Below, piece after piece: positions 11,396 to 24,454 of a DNA stretch of 64,000 nucleotides. Made by a program: the position numbers and the translations under genes. The stretch comes from Octopus vulgaris (taxonomy: Eukaryota). Location of the stretch: contig OX597817.1 of assembly GCA_951406725.2 (NCBI GenBank), forward strand, positions 105,152,001 to 105,216,000, in the 5' to 3' direction. How positions within the stretch are numbered: the stretch's first letter is position 1; every line of letters starts with the position of its first letter. A model generated the notes under the pieces. The model did no database searches. It had not been told where the DNA came from and saw only the letters and a list, made by a program, of their open reading frames with translations.

Positions 11396-12671
11396 ACGTG
11401 GTTCGACGATTTAGTGTAACATCACTTCCTTCGAAATAGTCACCTTGCGCAGTAATGCACCGGTCCAAGCGTCTCTGTGACTTTTGGAATCTAGCCTGAA
11501 AGTCGTTCTCCACAAGCCAGTCGAGGACCTTCTGCGATTCGCTCTGGATCACAACAACGTTGTTAAAACGGTGACTTTTGAGCTTCATTTTCCTCTTAGG
11601 GAAGAGATGGAAGTCTACAGGTGCTTAACCCGGTGAATAGAGCGGGTACGGAAGCAATACCAGGTTGTTTTTGGCGAGAAACTCACGAGTGAGGAGAGCT
11701 CGGTGACACGGTGCATTGTCGTCGTGAAGACTCCAATTCTTCCCGCTCCACAGATCCGGTCGCTTTCACCAAATGTTGTTCTCTCTCAGACTCTTCAGAA
11801 CGTCGCAGTAGAACTCCCGATTGACTGTCTGGCCTTGGGGGATGAACGCTCGAGGCACAATACCGCATATGTCGAAAGAAAAAAATATGACAAGCATGCT
11901 CTTAATTGGGTCGCGGCTCTGTCGTTCCTTCTTCGGTCGTGGAGATGAAAGGCTCTTCCATTGTAACGACTTCTGCTTTGTCTCAGGTCGTACCCGTAGA
12001 CCCAACTCTCGTCACTGGTGATGATTCTCGATATGAAGGATGGATCATCAGCGACACGCTGACGGAGATCTTGATAGGCTTTGATGCGATGGTCTTCTGC
12101 TCAGTGGTCAGCAAGCGGGGGACAAACTTGGCACGCTGCATATTCAATTCAGACGTTAGGATTGCCTGCACGGACCCATAGATAACACAACAACATCAGC
12201 AATGTCGTTGATTGTCCTCCGACGATTCTCGTGGACAAGCTGATGAATTTTCTCCGCATTTCCAGGGATGAGGCTTGTAACAGGTCTTACATATCGCTTA
12301 TCGTCTTCCAGGGACGTTCTTCCGCCTTTGAAGCGCCCGTGCTACTCAAAACATTGCGTACAACCCATTGCCTTATCACCGTAAGCTTGCCGAAACTTGC
12401 TCAATGTCTTGTAAAAGACTTCCCAAAGCTAGGGCAAAATTTCACGTTGGCTCTTTCTTCCAACTTCCTGTCCATAACAAAATCGCAGACGACAGCATAC
12501 ACATGATCACACAGACACAAATTTCACAACTTGCAAAGTAAACACAGCGATGTCATTCGGTATACTGTCTCATGACGGTCACTGCTACCTCTTACTGCGC
12601 ACGCTACCATGTGCTGCTGTTTGGTGGTGCGCTATAGAATTAGTCCGAGAACTTTTTTTATACCACCTCGT

Positions 12672-12672
<1 letters not shown>
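11391..12672 (-). mobile_element. mariner transposon with a nearly full transposase pseudogene; 3' TIR lost
   Basis: 5' TIR tacgaggtggtataaaaaagttctcggac; ATG at 12475 (MDRKLEERANVKFC); AKFVPRLLT, TGDESWVYGYDPETK, HHDNAPCH and GDYFEG. Confidence 0.95.
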
Positions 12673-12734
<62 letters not shown>

Positions 12735-12783
12735 TACATAATATTTATATGCATATGTGTGTGTATACATATATATATATATA

Positions 12784-12829
<46 letters not shown>

Positions 12830-12843
12830 CATGTATACATGCA

Positions 12844-14133
12844 TACGAGGGACGTTCAATAAGTAATGTCTCTGACCCACTTGCAGTTGTTTGATCTAGC
12901 TGAAATTTTGCATGTGCAATTATTTATATCTCTATAGATTAAGTGGCAAATTACAGCTCTGAACTAATTGTGGTTTCTGATTTACAGGTGTTTGAACTGA
13001 GTCAAGTGTGAAATGGAGCCTGTTGAGTGTCGAGCAGTGATCCGGTTTTTGTATTTGAAAGGACGCACACCACGGGAGACTTTTAATGAAATGAAAGTAA
13101 CTTAAGGTGATGATGCCCCATCATATGACCTTGTAAAACGCTGGCATCGTGAATTCAAACATGGTTGGAACTCTGTGGAAACAGCTCCCGGATCTGGTCG
13201 CCCCCCTTCTGCCATTGATGAGGCATCTATCCGTCAAGTTGAGGCTGCCATTTTGGAAGATCGACGCATAACTATTCGCCAAATAGCCCATGAGGTCAAG
13301 ATTAGTACTGGGTCTGTGGAAACTATCATTCATGACCATTTGCATATGCAAAAGGTGTCTGCCAGATGGATTCCCATGTTGCTCACACCTTTCCAGAAGC
13401 AAGAACGCGTCGAGTGCTCGAGGATGAATTTGGAGATGTGCCAAGAAGATGAGTCAAAATTTTTCAAAAGACAGATTACACAGGATGAAACCTGGGTTCA
13501 TCACTATGATCCAGAGACCAAAGCCCAGTCAATGCAGTGGAAGTACCGTGACTCACCTCCTCCAAAGAAGGCAAGGGTGCAGCCTTCCGCTGGCAAGGTC
13601 ATGCTCTGTCTTCTGGGACCAGGACGGAGTAGTGATGACAGATTTCCTGGCAAATGGTACCACAATTACAGGAGCCTATTATGCTTCACTTTTGAGGAAA
13701 TTAAGAGAAGCTATCAAAATCAAGAGGCGGGGCAAGATCAGCAAAGACATCCTCCTCCTGCAGGACAACGCTCCGGTCCACAACTCGCGTGTCGCCAGAT
13801 CAGAAGCACAGGCGTGCGCCTATGAACTCCTCCCCCTATGAACTCCTGACCTTGCACCATCTGATTTTCACCTCTTCCCAGCCATGAAGTTATTTTTGAA
13901 AGGAAAGCGTTTCACAGATGATGCAGCCTTGATTTCTGAAGTCACGTCGTAGTTGGAGGACCAAGCTGGGGTCTTCTACAAAAAACGGTCTCCAGAGCTG
14001 CATCAAACGATGGGAGAAATGCTTAACTCTGGGTGGTTCCTATATAGAAAAAAACTAATAACTGTGCCAAGTTTCGTTGCTCTACTGCTATGGGAAGTGG
14101 GTCAAGGGCATTTCTTATTGAGCGCCTCTCGTA
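12844..14133 (+). mobile_element. Full-length mariner (irritans-like) with both TIRs and a TA target-site duplication
   Basis: TIRs tacgagggacgttcaataagtaatg..tgacccactt and aagtgggtca..catttcttattgagcgcctctcgta; ~1.29 kb. Confidence 0.97.
13013..14060 (+). pseudogene. mariner D,D34D transposase pseudogene
   Basis: MEPVECRAVIRFLYLKG, stop at ~13103, VSARWIP, ITQDETWVHHYDPETK, frameshift near 13607, LLQDNAPVH and PDLAPSDFHLFP. Confidence 0.95.
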
Positions 14134-15184
14134 CATACATACATAAGTTCATACATACATAAACGCATACATGCATGTAGGCTTGCATACATACATACAT
14201 GCATGCATACATACATACATGCACATATACGCTTCTATATACAAATTAAAAAATCTACATTTATACTAATAATTGGTATGTTTGTATTGACGTGGAAAGA
14301 GAGACGTCTGTGTCTTGTATGTGAATTTTCCTTTTGTCTCTTAGCTGTGTTTCTGTTTAATTTTTGAAGATATACAAGGAATATATAAATGAATGAGTTT
14401 GTATATATTGTTTTACAGGTATACAGTTGTTTGGCAGAATTGGTAGAACACTGGTTAGAATGCGTTGCTATATATATATATATATATTACACACACACAC
14501 CTGTTTCCTGCGCTTAGCCTTACCTCTCATTCTTTTGAGGTCAATAAATAGTGTGTCAGCCCAATGTTATTGCAGCCTTCTCTTCTCCTGTGATATGTTT
14601 GATGTTCTTCCCGCTCAGGCTTTGAGTCAATTCACAACTAGAACTCAATTGCAAGCGATGGTTATCTTATAGGTGGTATTTTTATTGGTAAGTGTAATCC
14701 CCGGAGAATATTATACATTTTAATTGTACAAATAGCATCTCTCGGGAAATATTGTAAATACTTGTTATATTTTGTTTTACTGCAAAAAAAGCTTCTATTG
14801 AGGCCGATCAAATTCAAATTATGCCTCCTACTTTAGTATTATTTAAATTTTGTGTTAATTCATGTGTAGAAAATAATGAATTCCTGTCCCAAGTATATTT
14901 TTATCAGGCCGCATTTAATACCTATAAATATACATTTATTTAGTAGTCTTCGTGACCAGTAACAGGTTTTAGCTTAAATTTTGTTACTTGCGTGTATGCG
15001 TGTGAACACACACACACATGCATACATACACATACACATACACACACATGCACATATATGTGTATACACAGCTTTCTCTGCGTTCATTTTTGTATAAATT
15101 ACATAAATTATCCAGGCCACATATGTATTCAACTTATTGCAAAAATCAATCTCCTTTGGCCGCTGGAAATAAGATCGGGAAATT

Positions 15185-15230
15185 GTCGTGCTGAATGACG
15201 CCTACTGAAGCTGAAACATGTGTTAACGAC
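15185..15230 (+). ncRNA. Degenerate minimal hammerhead-like motif
   Basis: gtcgtg-CTGAATGA-cgc..gct-GAAA-catgtg-TT-aacgac; stem III is the same as at 11183; core has a 1-nt insertion. Confidence 0.4.
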
Positions 15231-15502
15231 TTTCTTCTTATCTCCTGAGACTGCTTCTCCTTTTCCTTAATGACGCAAAAACTTTGGAGAATTCTTGAGG
15301 CTTGAGATTATCTCTCCCTTTCAAATGGGGTTGGTGTTAATTGCCATTTGGCAATTGTAACATATCCCTTGGAGGTGGAAATTATTTTAATAAATCAAGA
15401 ATTTATTTTGTATTGCATTTGTTAGACTTATATTTGTCTATATTGTCTATATGCATTCCACTGCAGCTTTGAGTTATTTCTCTCAGCTCATTTTCTTCAT
15501 AG

Positions 15503-15535
<33 letters not shown>

Positions 15536-15605
15536 TGTATGTATGTATGTATGTATGTATGTATGTATGTATGTATGTATGTATGTATGTATGTATGTAT
15601 GTATG

Positions 15606-16153
15606 TCAGGTCACTTTCGAGTGCTACTGGTAACATGTAACCCAGTACAACCTGTTGCATGGTCGGGTCGTCGGCGACTAAACCGGCAACCCCACAAAGC
15701 TTGCTTGGTGAGGAGGGTGTTTATTGGACACCCTGCGAGATGAAAAACAAAACCTGTCAAAGGGCGGAGGAACTCTTGAGAGTCAATGGCCATCCAATAA
15801 ATGTTTTAAGGCTGTATCATGCGCGGGGTCATAGAAATAATCTGAATACCCGATCGCGCGGTTAAACCATTGGAAGTGAAGGACTCCTAGCCTTTGTTAG
15901 GGCATCCTTCTAGGAGAAGGTAACTCAGGTAACTAGGATAACTCCGACATAAAACCTGCGGCTCAGTGGTTACCGATGATGTTGACTTGTTCTTCTTTTC
16001 GGATTATGGCTTCAGTTGCTTAGTGAGTGAGATTGACTCAGTGCACAGCCTTTCCTCACTTTAAAAAAAAGCTTCGTGCACAGGCATTGCACAATAACAA
16101 CATTGATTAAGCTTCGTGCAATGGCCATACTCGATAACAAGGGGGAAACCACC
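15606..16153 (+). mobile_element. ~550-bp non-coding retroelement (RTE 5'UTR-like) inserted within (TATG)n
   Basis: GC-richer island with (TATG)n on both sides; 'gggcatccttctaggagaaggtaactc' resembles an RTE leader motif. Confidence 0.55.
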
Positions 16154-16414
16154 ATGTATGTATGTATGTATGTATGTATGTATGTATGTATGTATGTATG
16201 TATGTATGTATGTATGTATTATGTGTATATATATATATATACTTTATACTTGGGGATGGTCATGTTTTGCCAGCTCTTTATCCCACGTGTATCCTTTTGT
16301 TTTGCTTAGTCTAAACATAGATATAAACACACACACACGCACACACATTTATATATGCATGTATTTAAATATGTATGTACGTATATATATATATATACAT
16401 ACATATACATACAT

Positions 16415-16458
<44 letters not shown>

Positions 16459-16459
16459 G

Positions 16460-16535
<76 letters not shown>

Positions 16536-16537
16536 TA

Positions 16538-17100
16538 TGAAGATGTAACTGCGCCTCATACATAATAATCAAGGGGGTTGCAGTCTTAGGAGTTAGGTGG
16601 CCAGATGTTAGGAGTGATGTGGTCGCAGAAATTGTCTGACAGGATTCCCCTGCTTGTGTGGCATTGTGCAGAGCCCTGTTGCCTGACATAGCGTCTTCCA
16701 GCAGCCACCCTCTTGACGCAGGACAGTACTATCTCCTCCAGGCACTTGATGTAGGCCTCCGTGTTGAGTCTGAAGCCGCGTGGGAAGATGAATGGAGGCA
16801 TAACATTGCCATCACTAGTGATCACTCCAACCACCATGATGTTGACTAGATGTTTGATTTTTATGACTCTCGGTACATGTTTTGGGGACACGGCAAGCCA
16901 ACGGTTGTTCTGTGTGTTCACCATCTGAACGTATTGGAGCTTCCAGTGCGAATGCCAAACAGTACAGCATGTCGTTTCCAAATTTCTGGCAGAGTGAATT
17001 GCGTCATTGTGCTGTTTTTCTCACAGACGGTGCCCAGCTGATCCTACTATACTGTGTAGTCTAAAAAAATCAAAGAATGGCGACAATTTACCCATCGCAC

Positions 17101-17104
<4 letters not shown>
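16538..17104 (-). mobile_element. Internally deleted maT/DD37D-like Tc1/mariner element
   Basis: IMVVGVITSDGNVMPPFIF, YVRQQGSAQCHTS and [15 protein letters not shown]; TIR-like end at ~17075-17104. Confidence 0.88.
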
Positions 17105-17164
<60 letters not shown>

Positions 17165-17468
17165 TGTGTGTATAGGACCCCCAGTACTGCCTTTGCGGAC
17201 TACAGGTTGGGAACCACTGAGCTAATAGATTAGCTCTGTTCATACATACATACATACATACATACATAACATTATAGGTAGGTGCAGAGTAATCTTTTAT
17301 ACATTATAAGTGAAAAGGCTCATGATTTAATTACTTCGATTTACAGCTTCTGACCATTGAGCTGCTAATCTGAGTCTGAACTCCAAATATCTGCTCTTTG
17401 TTATGAAGTAAATGCTTCTGTCCTTTTCTATTTTTAAAATTAAAACATTGCAAGAGATATGTGCAAAA

Positions 17469-17626
17469 AACGGCCGCTTCAAACTCAGGATTTAAAAATT
17501 TTTATTTCTGGTTCTCGTGGGAATAATCCAAGCGCTTTATATTTTATATAAAGTTTAAAACATTTGGATTATTCCCACGAGAACCAGACATGAACATTTT
17601 AAAATCCTGTGTTTGAAGCGGTCGTT
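17469..17626. repeat. ~158-bp imperfect palindrome (MITE-like)
   Basis: Arms cggccgcttcaaac..ctcgtgggaataatccaa and ttggattattcccacgag..gtttgaagcggtcg; AT-rich inner hairpin. Confidence 0.85.
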
Positions 17627-17839
17627 GTCACTCATTAAATTACGTTGTTGTTTAAGTAATATTTTTTAAGTAACACTTTGAAGTAGTTTTTAAAAACAAT
17701 GTATTTGTGTGCATGCATTTGAGTGTATGCCTTGCTGTATATACTTATATATACATAAAACATTTATGCGCACACATTACACACATATGCATATATAAAC
17801 ACACACGTACATTCACATATACATATATAAATACATACA

Positions 17840-17925
<86 letters not shown>

Positions 17926-18649
17926 TACATGTAAACACACACATATATATGTCAGAAGATAATTGCGTTCGTTGTTGTTGTTGTTTAAACCTGCTTCCAA
18001 TTTATATAGACACGGCTCCTTGCTTAGTTGGAATGCAAAGCTGTCTGCTATTGAATATTCAACCCAGTTTCTACGAGAAATTTTGTAGCTGATCAGATAA
18101 TTGATTTATTACTTTTCGTGCTATTATATTCTACAAAGGCACAGCGCAAATTTTCATGTGAATTTCAAAGATAATGTGCTACATCAATAATCGCCTGCTG
18201 GTATTTAGTAATCCTCTGCCATCTTATCTTCGTGGAATATACTACAATCACTGAATGACTGATTTGTGGAAATAAGATGTAATCCGTTTTTTCCTCTTTT
18301 TTTTTGTTTTTATTTATATTTGTATCATAAGCCTCAAGTCTAACGATCTATTTCGTCTAATTATGTTACGTTCCCGTCTAGTATAACAAAGTGATATGCT
18401 ATGATTATTACTGTATTGATAGCTGCAATTACTATAAAATAATTTTGTGGTTGTTGTTTACTATTCATGGTTTCAGAGCTACATGAAGCGATTGTTTTTT
18501 TTTATATATATATCTCACAAATAATTAGGTACGTCTTGGAGAGCATGCATAACAATATACAAGGTGAACGAACATTTGTGAGAACATTTTGGTAACATTT
18601 ATATGCCTTAGTAAATACACTTTCTTGAAACATGTTTGTAAGAGGTTGC

Positions 18650-18850
18650 TGATGTTTAACCCCAGGTCAGCACTGATCGAGTAGATCTTTGATCAAAAGT
18701 GCTCCGGCTACGAACATGTCATCTTTTTTTTTTTCAGATATTATGTATCAAATGTAGTTCAAGATATTTAAAAACGAAAAATAGCAACCTAATTGTCCTG
18801 ATATCAGTGCTATTTGGTTGCTATTTTTAGCAGGTTGAGCGAATCACATT
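18650..18850 (+). repeat. Unclassified dispersed repeat 'gtttaaccccaggtcagcactgatcgag...gatttggctgctatttctagcagg'
   Basis: Diverged copies also near 19450-19620, 37810-37985, 38250-38460, 39620-39680, 40500-40585(-), 47090-47280, 49230-49330 and 50540-50750(-). Confidence 0.7.
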
Positions 18851-20519
18851 AAGTTTCTTTCTTTTTTTTTTTTCATGCCTTTTTCTACTTGTTTCAGTCA
18901 TTGTTCGGGGTTCCATAAAATAAGTAAGAGTTGAACTCTGGGATAGATTTAATAGACTAAGCACCTCTCCCGAATTTGTCCCAAAATTTCAAACCACTGT
19001 TATGGAAAATGATGTTAGATTTTTTGTGCTTTCATGAAGTCTGTCTGTATGCTAAAGTTTCTTCATATCTATTCACTGTCATTGGAGTGTTGTTACAAGT
19101 ACAATATAACTTTTTCTTTAAGGATTTGAAACTTGGTTGTCAGGCGAGTAAAAAGCAGTTTTGCAACGTTGTTGTGGTTCCAAGTATATTTAATGGAAGT
19201 TAATATTGAACATCTAGATACAATGTGGTGTATCGTTTCAGAAAATATACCACATTGACAGCATCCGTCAATTATACTGTAGGAATTATTATTGTTATTA
19301 TTTTTATTTCAATATGTATAGTAATGATAGCTTGTTCATTTGTGGCAAATAGTGTTGCTTCTATCCCATTAAGGCAGAGTTCAGTTATTTTTATTCACAT
19401 GTAGAGTGAAGGTATCGACCATATCAGAGGATATCATTGTGAGTATCGTTGTTGGTCAGTCCAAGCTTACCTTGGGCTAACCGATAAACATCCTTTCAGC
19501 ATTGTGTATTTATGACCAAATCATCCAATGTATTTTCCCTTTTTTAAGAATGTTAGAATGTAATAAGAAAAAGATTTGGCTGTTATTTCGAGCAGGCTGA
19601 ATTGCTGAGTAGATGATCACTGTAGGCAAATGCCTTTGAGCTAGTTGATTATGGTCGTTATATGTGAATGTGTGTTAGGTTTTGCGGCTGCTATAGATTT
19701 AGTTTTTAATGATTCGAAATTGATACTCCATATTTGGTAAAATTCTTTACCTTCAGTTTGAAGGCAATTAAGAAGAACGCGATGCAAATATTTACTCTGA
19801 TTATTACAAACAACAAATTTATGATTTGTCCAGTAAAATTAGATAAAACTCATAGATGGGACTCAGCAACGAGAAGCAGAACGCATCATTCCCGACATTG
19901 AAAGCTCCCAGAAACGGATTAGCGCGTTAGACAGGAATTGTCAAAGCAATCTTCAACAACATGTAGCGGATCTTCTTAAAGAGAAAGATTGCTGTCGGAC
20001 ATTTCGGAAAACAAGGTGATAATAAAAGTATGTATTAACCTTGATAAATCTTTGGGTTTACAACTCTGCACTTGGAGAAGCAACTAATCTGGCCCATGAG
20101 GGTCCAAACATTCAGTTAGATATAGGTAGAAACTGCGACGAGGTTACTAGCAGACTGATTAGTGTCACTCAGAAACGGGTCTAAAGAAATTATTTCTGAA
20201 TGGTCGGGTAGAAGGGTTGAAGGCCTAAAACACCCTTGCACTATATCTTTTTGCTTTTTGACTGCCATTCCTTGCCTCAAATTGCATCTGACCTGACAGA
20301 AGTGTCTATGCTTTTGTTTCTTGTGTAAAGACGGGTTTTCCTCTTCCGAAGTTCTGACTGCTGCCAATACGTTCATACGGAGAGCGAATGATGAACCAAC
20401 AAGCGTTTAGGGTGCGGTGTCTGTGGATTTTTTTTTTATGGCGATTAGCAGTAATCGCATTTTTTGGTCTGTAGCTCGTCTCTTTGATGCAGTTACAGCT
20501 CTGGGTCAAGCGAAGACTA

Positions 20520-20955
20520 GGATTGGAAGTCGGACATCTGGTATGTTGTCAAGCTCTGAAAGTGCTCGACAAGACGGGCATTGCAACCGATGAAATGTTA
20601 CTATTCATATTTTATAGGGAAATGGTGAAGAAATGAGCGACAATGTTCAGGTGGATACCCCAAAAATCACCTGAGCAGACTCTTTCAGGGAATTTTCATA
20701 CCGGGAACTTGGCCTAGAATCCTACTTGAAGATGTTACTTTGTGATAAATACTATAAGCATCCAAGTCTCCTAAACCGAGCCTGCGAAGAAACCGTCCTT
20801 CATGCATTCGTTCAGTGCTCAAACATTGCTGAGTTGTGGTGTTGTGTCGAAAAACAGTCAAGCGAATCAGTCGTGAAGATCGCTACCCCATCTTCCTTTG
20901 CAGGGGAGGGGAGGCAATTTTCCTGTATATGGTGGATAAAGTGAAAGAGATTGTA
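20520..20955 (+). mobile_element. Tx1/L1-like LINE C-terminal (zinc-knuckle) fragment
   Basis: EETVLHAFVQCSNIAELW; resembles the fragment at 24455. Confidence 0.7.
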
Positions 20956-20959
20956 GGAC

Positions 20960-21250
20960 AAGGATATGAATGTGGGGTGGTTGGGGCCCGAATTTAGTGG
21001 TACTACGGACATGTGGTTAGACTGTCGCAGAAAAGAATCGTTTGACGGAATCTTCAAGCGGAGCCACCTAGTAGGTAGACCGAGAACGAGATGGTTGTAT
21101 AACATTCATGGTCTCGGGTAGTTACGATAGGGAAACTAGTCGGAAAGTCTAATGACGGTTGATTCTGTTAGGATAACATAGCGGAGGTGCCTAAGGACTC
21201 TACCCACCACGACACTCCGAGGAATAAGTGAGCGGAGAAGATGGATGGTT
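20960..21250 (+). mobile_element. RTE-clade LINE 3' end
   Basis: GRPRTRWLYNIHGLG..., short (GATG)n tail. Confidence 0.7.
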
Positions 21251-21289
21251 AAACGCTCAAGGTTAAGGAGAAAGTGAGAAGGCACTAAT

Positions 21290-21500
21290 AATCCTTTCTA
21301 ATTTGGCATAGAGCTAGCAATTTTGAGAGAAGGGGGTAGGGTCTATTACATCGACCCCTAGTTCATCAACTGGTACTTATTTTATCGTTACCGAAAGGTA
21401 AAGTTGACCTTGGTGGCATTTGAACTCAGAACGTGAAGTCTGAAGAAACGCCACAAAACATTTTGATAAAGATGCTAAAAAGTTTGCCATCTCACTGCCG
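21290..21500 (-). mobile_element. SINE (same family as 42863)
   Basis: Reverse complement of the family sequence: actggtacttattttatcg, tttgaactcagaacgt. Confidence 0.85.
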
Positions 21501-21646
21501 TCTGACAATACACAAATAATGTTTACATCGTGGAATTGTCCGGATCAAACCTATGTTTAGCCCTTTAGATAATTTTCGCGAATATACTCACAGAAGTAGT
21601 TATATATCAATTGTATTTTGTCATATAGAAATAGAGATGATAGATA

Positions 21647-22524
21647 TACGAGGTCTAATCAATAAGTATCCAGACTGTTGCTATAGTAATGAAGCTAAAG
21701 CATACAGAGCGAAGCCGCTTGGGAAAGATTGACCTTGACCTCTCCTGTGCACGCGCACTAAGTTTTAACGTTCTAGTTCACTTCAACTGTTTACAGCAGT
21801 GCTTGCAAGGAACGTGTGTAGCGTGTGATCGTCGCATTGACCATAACAGAGAAAGTTGTCATAGCGATACCTGCTCAGAGGCCCGCGCAAAGTTGCAGAA
21901 AATGTATGGAGAGGAGTGTATAAACCGCACACAAATGTACTAGTGGTTCAGACGTTTCCAAGATGGCCGAAAAAATGTCGATATTGATGAAGGTTCTGGG
22001 AGACCCGTAACCAGCTGAATTCAGAAAAACATTGCATATGAGGGGAAATCGTGGAATCACCACCTGTGAGTTATCAAAGGACGTGCAAATTAGTTACGGT
22101 TCAGTTCAGTTAATTTTCATTGAAGATTTGGGTATGAGATGCGTGACTGCCTAACTACTTTTAGCTGACCAAGAATACACTCGAGTTGCAGTTGCACAAG
22201 ATCTCTTTGATTGTGTTGAGAACGACGAAAACTTTTTGAATATTTTGCGTAGCCTTCTGAGCTGGTATCACCAAGCTTTTGGCAAAATTTGATGCAGATT
22301 CTCTGCTGAGCTTATTCTGTCATGGTCGATGCGACGATCACATGCTACGATCACACACCTTCCTTCGAAGCACTGCTGTAAACAGCAGAAGTAAGCTAGT
22401 ACCTTAAACTTTTGTGTGCATGCACAGCAAAGTTGAAGGTCAATCTGTGCCAAGCGGCTTTACTCTGCTTACTTTAGCTTCGTTACTATGGCAACAGTCC
22501 GGATACTTATTGATCAGAGCACGT
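21647..22524. mobile_element. Non-autonomous mariner derivative made of two inverted 5' ends
   Basis: ~230-280-bp inverted arms; left arm runs into HTH-coding sequence (WFRRFQDGR, GSGRP); right arm encodes MTE*AQQRICIKFCQKLG on the - strand. Confidence 0.9.
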
Positions 22525-22898
22525 TTGTATTCGCTAACCGACATAATGTTGTTTTTTTTTAATTAAAAAGCTAAGCCACTGTAATTTGCTTTTCAATTCG
22601 TTTCTGCACACATTATTGTAATTACGTACAACTATGTCGATAATTAATATACTATTGTCATTTTTGTCACGGAGAATGATGTCAACTTTATTATGCTCTG
22701 TCTGAAGTCAGTCTGTAGGTTAAAGCTCCACATTATTTTTATATTGACGGTTTGCTAAGCCAAGTACAGGTCTACATGAATATCTCAGTTGAAATTTGAT
22801 GGTCAGGATTATGTAGAGCGGCTTTCCTATGTTATGTGTCTCCAAATATATTCTGACTGGGTTACCGATAATAATTGCAATTGTTGCACATATTAGTA

Positions 22899-22920
22899 CT
22901 GTAGTAGTAGTAGTAGAAGT

Positions 22921-22955
<35 letters not shown>

Positions 22956-23095
22956 CAGTAGTAGTAGTAGCAGCAGTAGCAGTAGCAGCAGCAGTAGTAG
23001 TAGCAGTAGTAGTAGTAGCAGCAGCAGTAGTAGTAGTAGTAGTAGTAGTAGCAGCAGCAGCAGTTGCTATTATTATTATTGTTATTATTATTATT
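22899..23095. repeat. Compound (GTA/GCA)n(TTA)n microsatellite
   Basis: Directly visible. Confidence 0.95.
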
Positions 23096-24235
23096 GTTCA
23101 GTTGTATTATTTTTATAGCATGCTTTCACTGCACTACCGAGCGCAGCTTTGTGTGCCTTGGGTATGTGCTGTGGCTTGTTGTAGTGCTCTTATTTTCACT
23201 GTATTGAAAGTGCTTTACGTAGGATGTGCACAGTGTTTAGTAGGGCTATTTTTGTATGTTATATACATTCATAAGTTCTGGAGTTTTGGTTATGTATTTG
23301 TCTGAATGTTTTTTAATCATACCTAATGCACCTATAGGAATTGTTTCTGTTTTTAGGCTCCACATTCGGGGTACCTCTATTTCCAGATATTTGTATTTTG
23401 AGTTTCTCCGTTTCTGTTAGAGGTACATTCTCATCTGTTGGTGTTGATACATCGATTAGAAGGCATTTTTTTCTTGGTGATCTCTGACAACTATATCCGG
23501 TCTATTAGTCTCGATTCCTCTTTCTGTATGTATTGGCATATCTCAGAGTATGGTTGCTTTGTCATTTTCTGAGACCTTTTCCGGTGTGTGCCTATACCAT
23601 CTTTTTTCTGTTGTCATTCCATAATGTTTAGCTTATCCCAACATTTACTGTGTAAGTGCTTTTGTTGCCATCATTTTATCATGATACTTTGTTGTTCTAG
23701 TTTTAGTTTGGATTTCAGTTGTTTTACAGCTTTCGTTGTTCCCTTGTTTTCTTCATTGTTGTCAGGTACTAAGACTTGTTTCTTGTCATTTTCAGCTTCC
23801 TTAAAGACAGAAAAGGTTTTGTTGTGCTTGTGTTTTGTGGCTATTTATACTAGTTTTCTTTGTTTCTGAATTGGATATTTCTGTAGTCCTATGGTGGTTA
23901 TGTTATAATAGTTTTCTAGTTCTATAAGGCCTCTACCACCTTTAATTCGGTCAGATTTTGGGTGGTGCATCCTAGATTTTGTCATTATTTTTCTTGTTTT
24001 CCTGTCTAGTTTGGTCAGTTCATTTAGAGTCCAATTAAGACTATTGAAGTAGTAATTTATAACTGGGACGGCTAGAGTGTTGATACCTATTATCTTGTTT
24101 TCCGCATTGAGTTGTCTTAAGTATCAATCTAACTCATGTGTAGAGTTCCTTCCTCATCTTCTCTTTCATTTGTATATGTTTTAAAGTTTCTAGTTCATTG
24201 GTTCCTAAGTAGTTGTCTGTCTAGCTTTGGTCTAA
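23095..24235 (-). mobile_element. R4/Dong-like LINE 3' part with REL endonuclease, 3' UTR and (AAT)n tail
   Basis: ENDKATIL*DMPIHT..NRPDIVVRD..CLLIDVSTPTDENV, IALLNTVHILRKALS*, MHHPKSD and GGRGLIEL. Confidence 0.92.
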
Positions 24236-24237
24236 TT

Positions 24238-24263
24238 ATCATCATCATCATCATCATCATCAT

Positions 24264-24347
<84 letters not shown>

Positions 24348-24366
24348 TATCCTTATTATTATTATT
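24238..24366. repeat. (ATC)n/(ACC)n microsatellite
   Basis: Directly visible. Confidence 0.97.
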
Positions 24367-24454
24367 GGAAGGCACACTAGTTGCCGAAATATCGTTCACT
24401 TGATAACAATGGCACTCTTCTTTTTTTTTTTTTGGCTTCTATTATAAAATTAGA

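Noticed and set aside
13175-13825. SETMAR-like domesticated host gene
   Set aside because: Flanked by TIRs and a TA duplication, disrupted by stops and frameshifts, and lacking a SET domain.
23095-23175. Ribozyme in the Dong-like 3' UTR (GAAA and CTGAACA on the - strand)
   Set aside because: Helices cannot be completed around the core.
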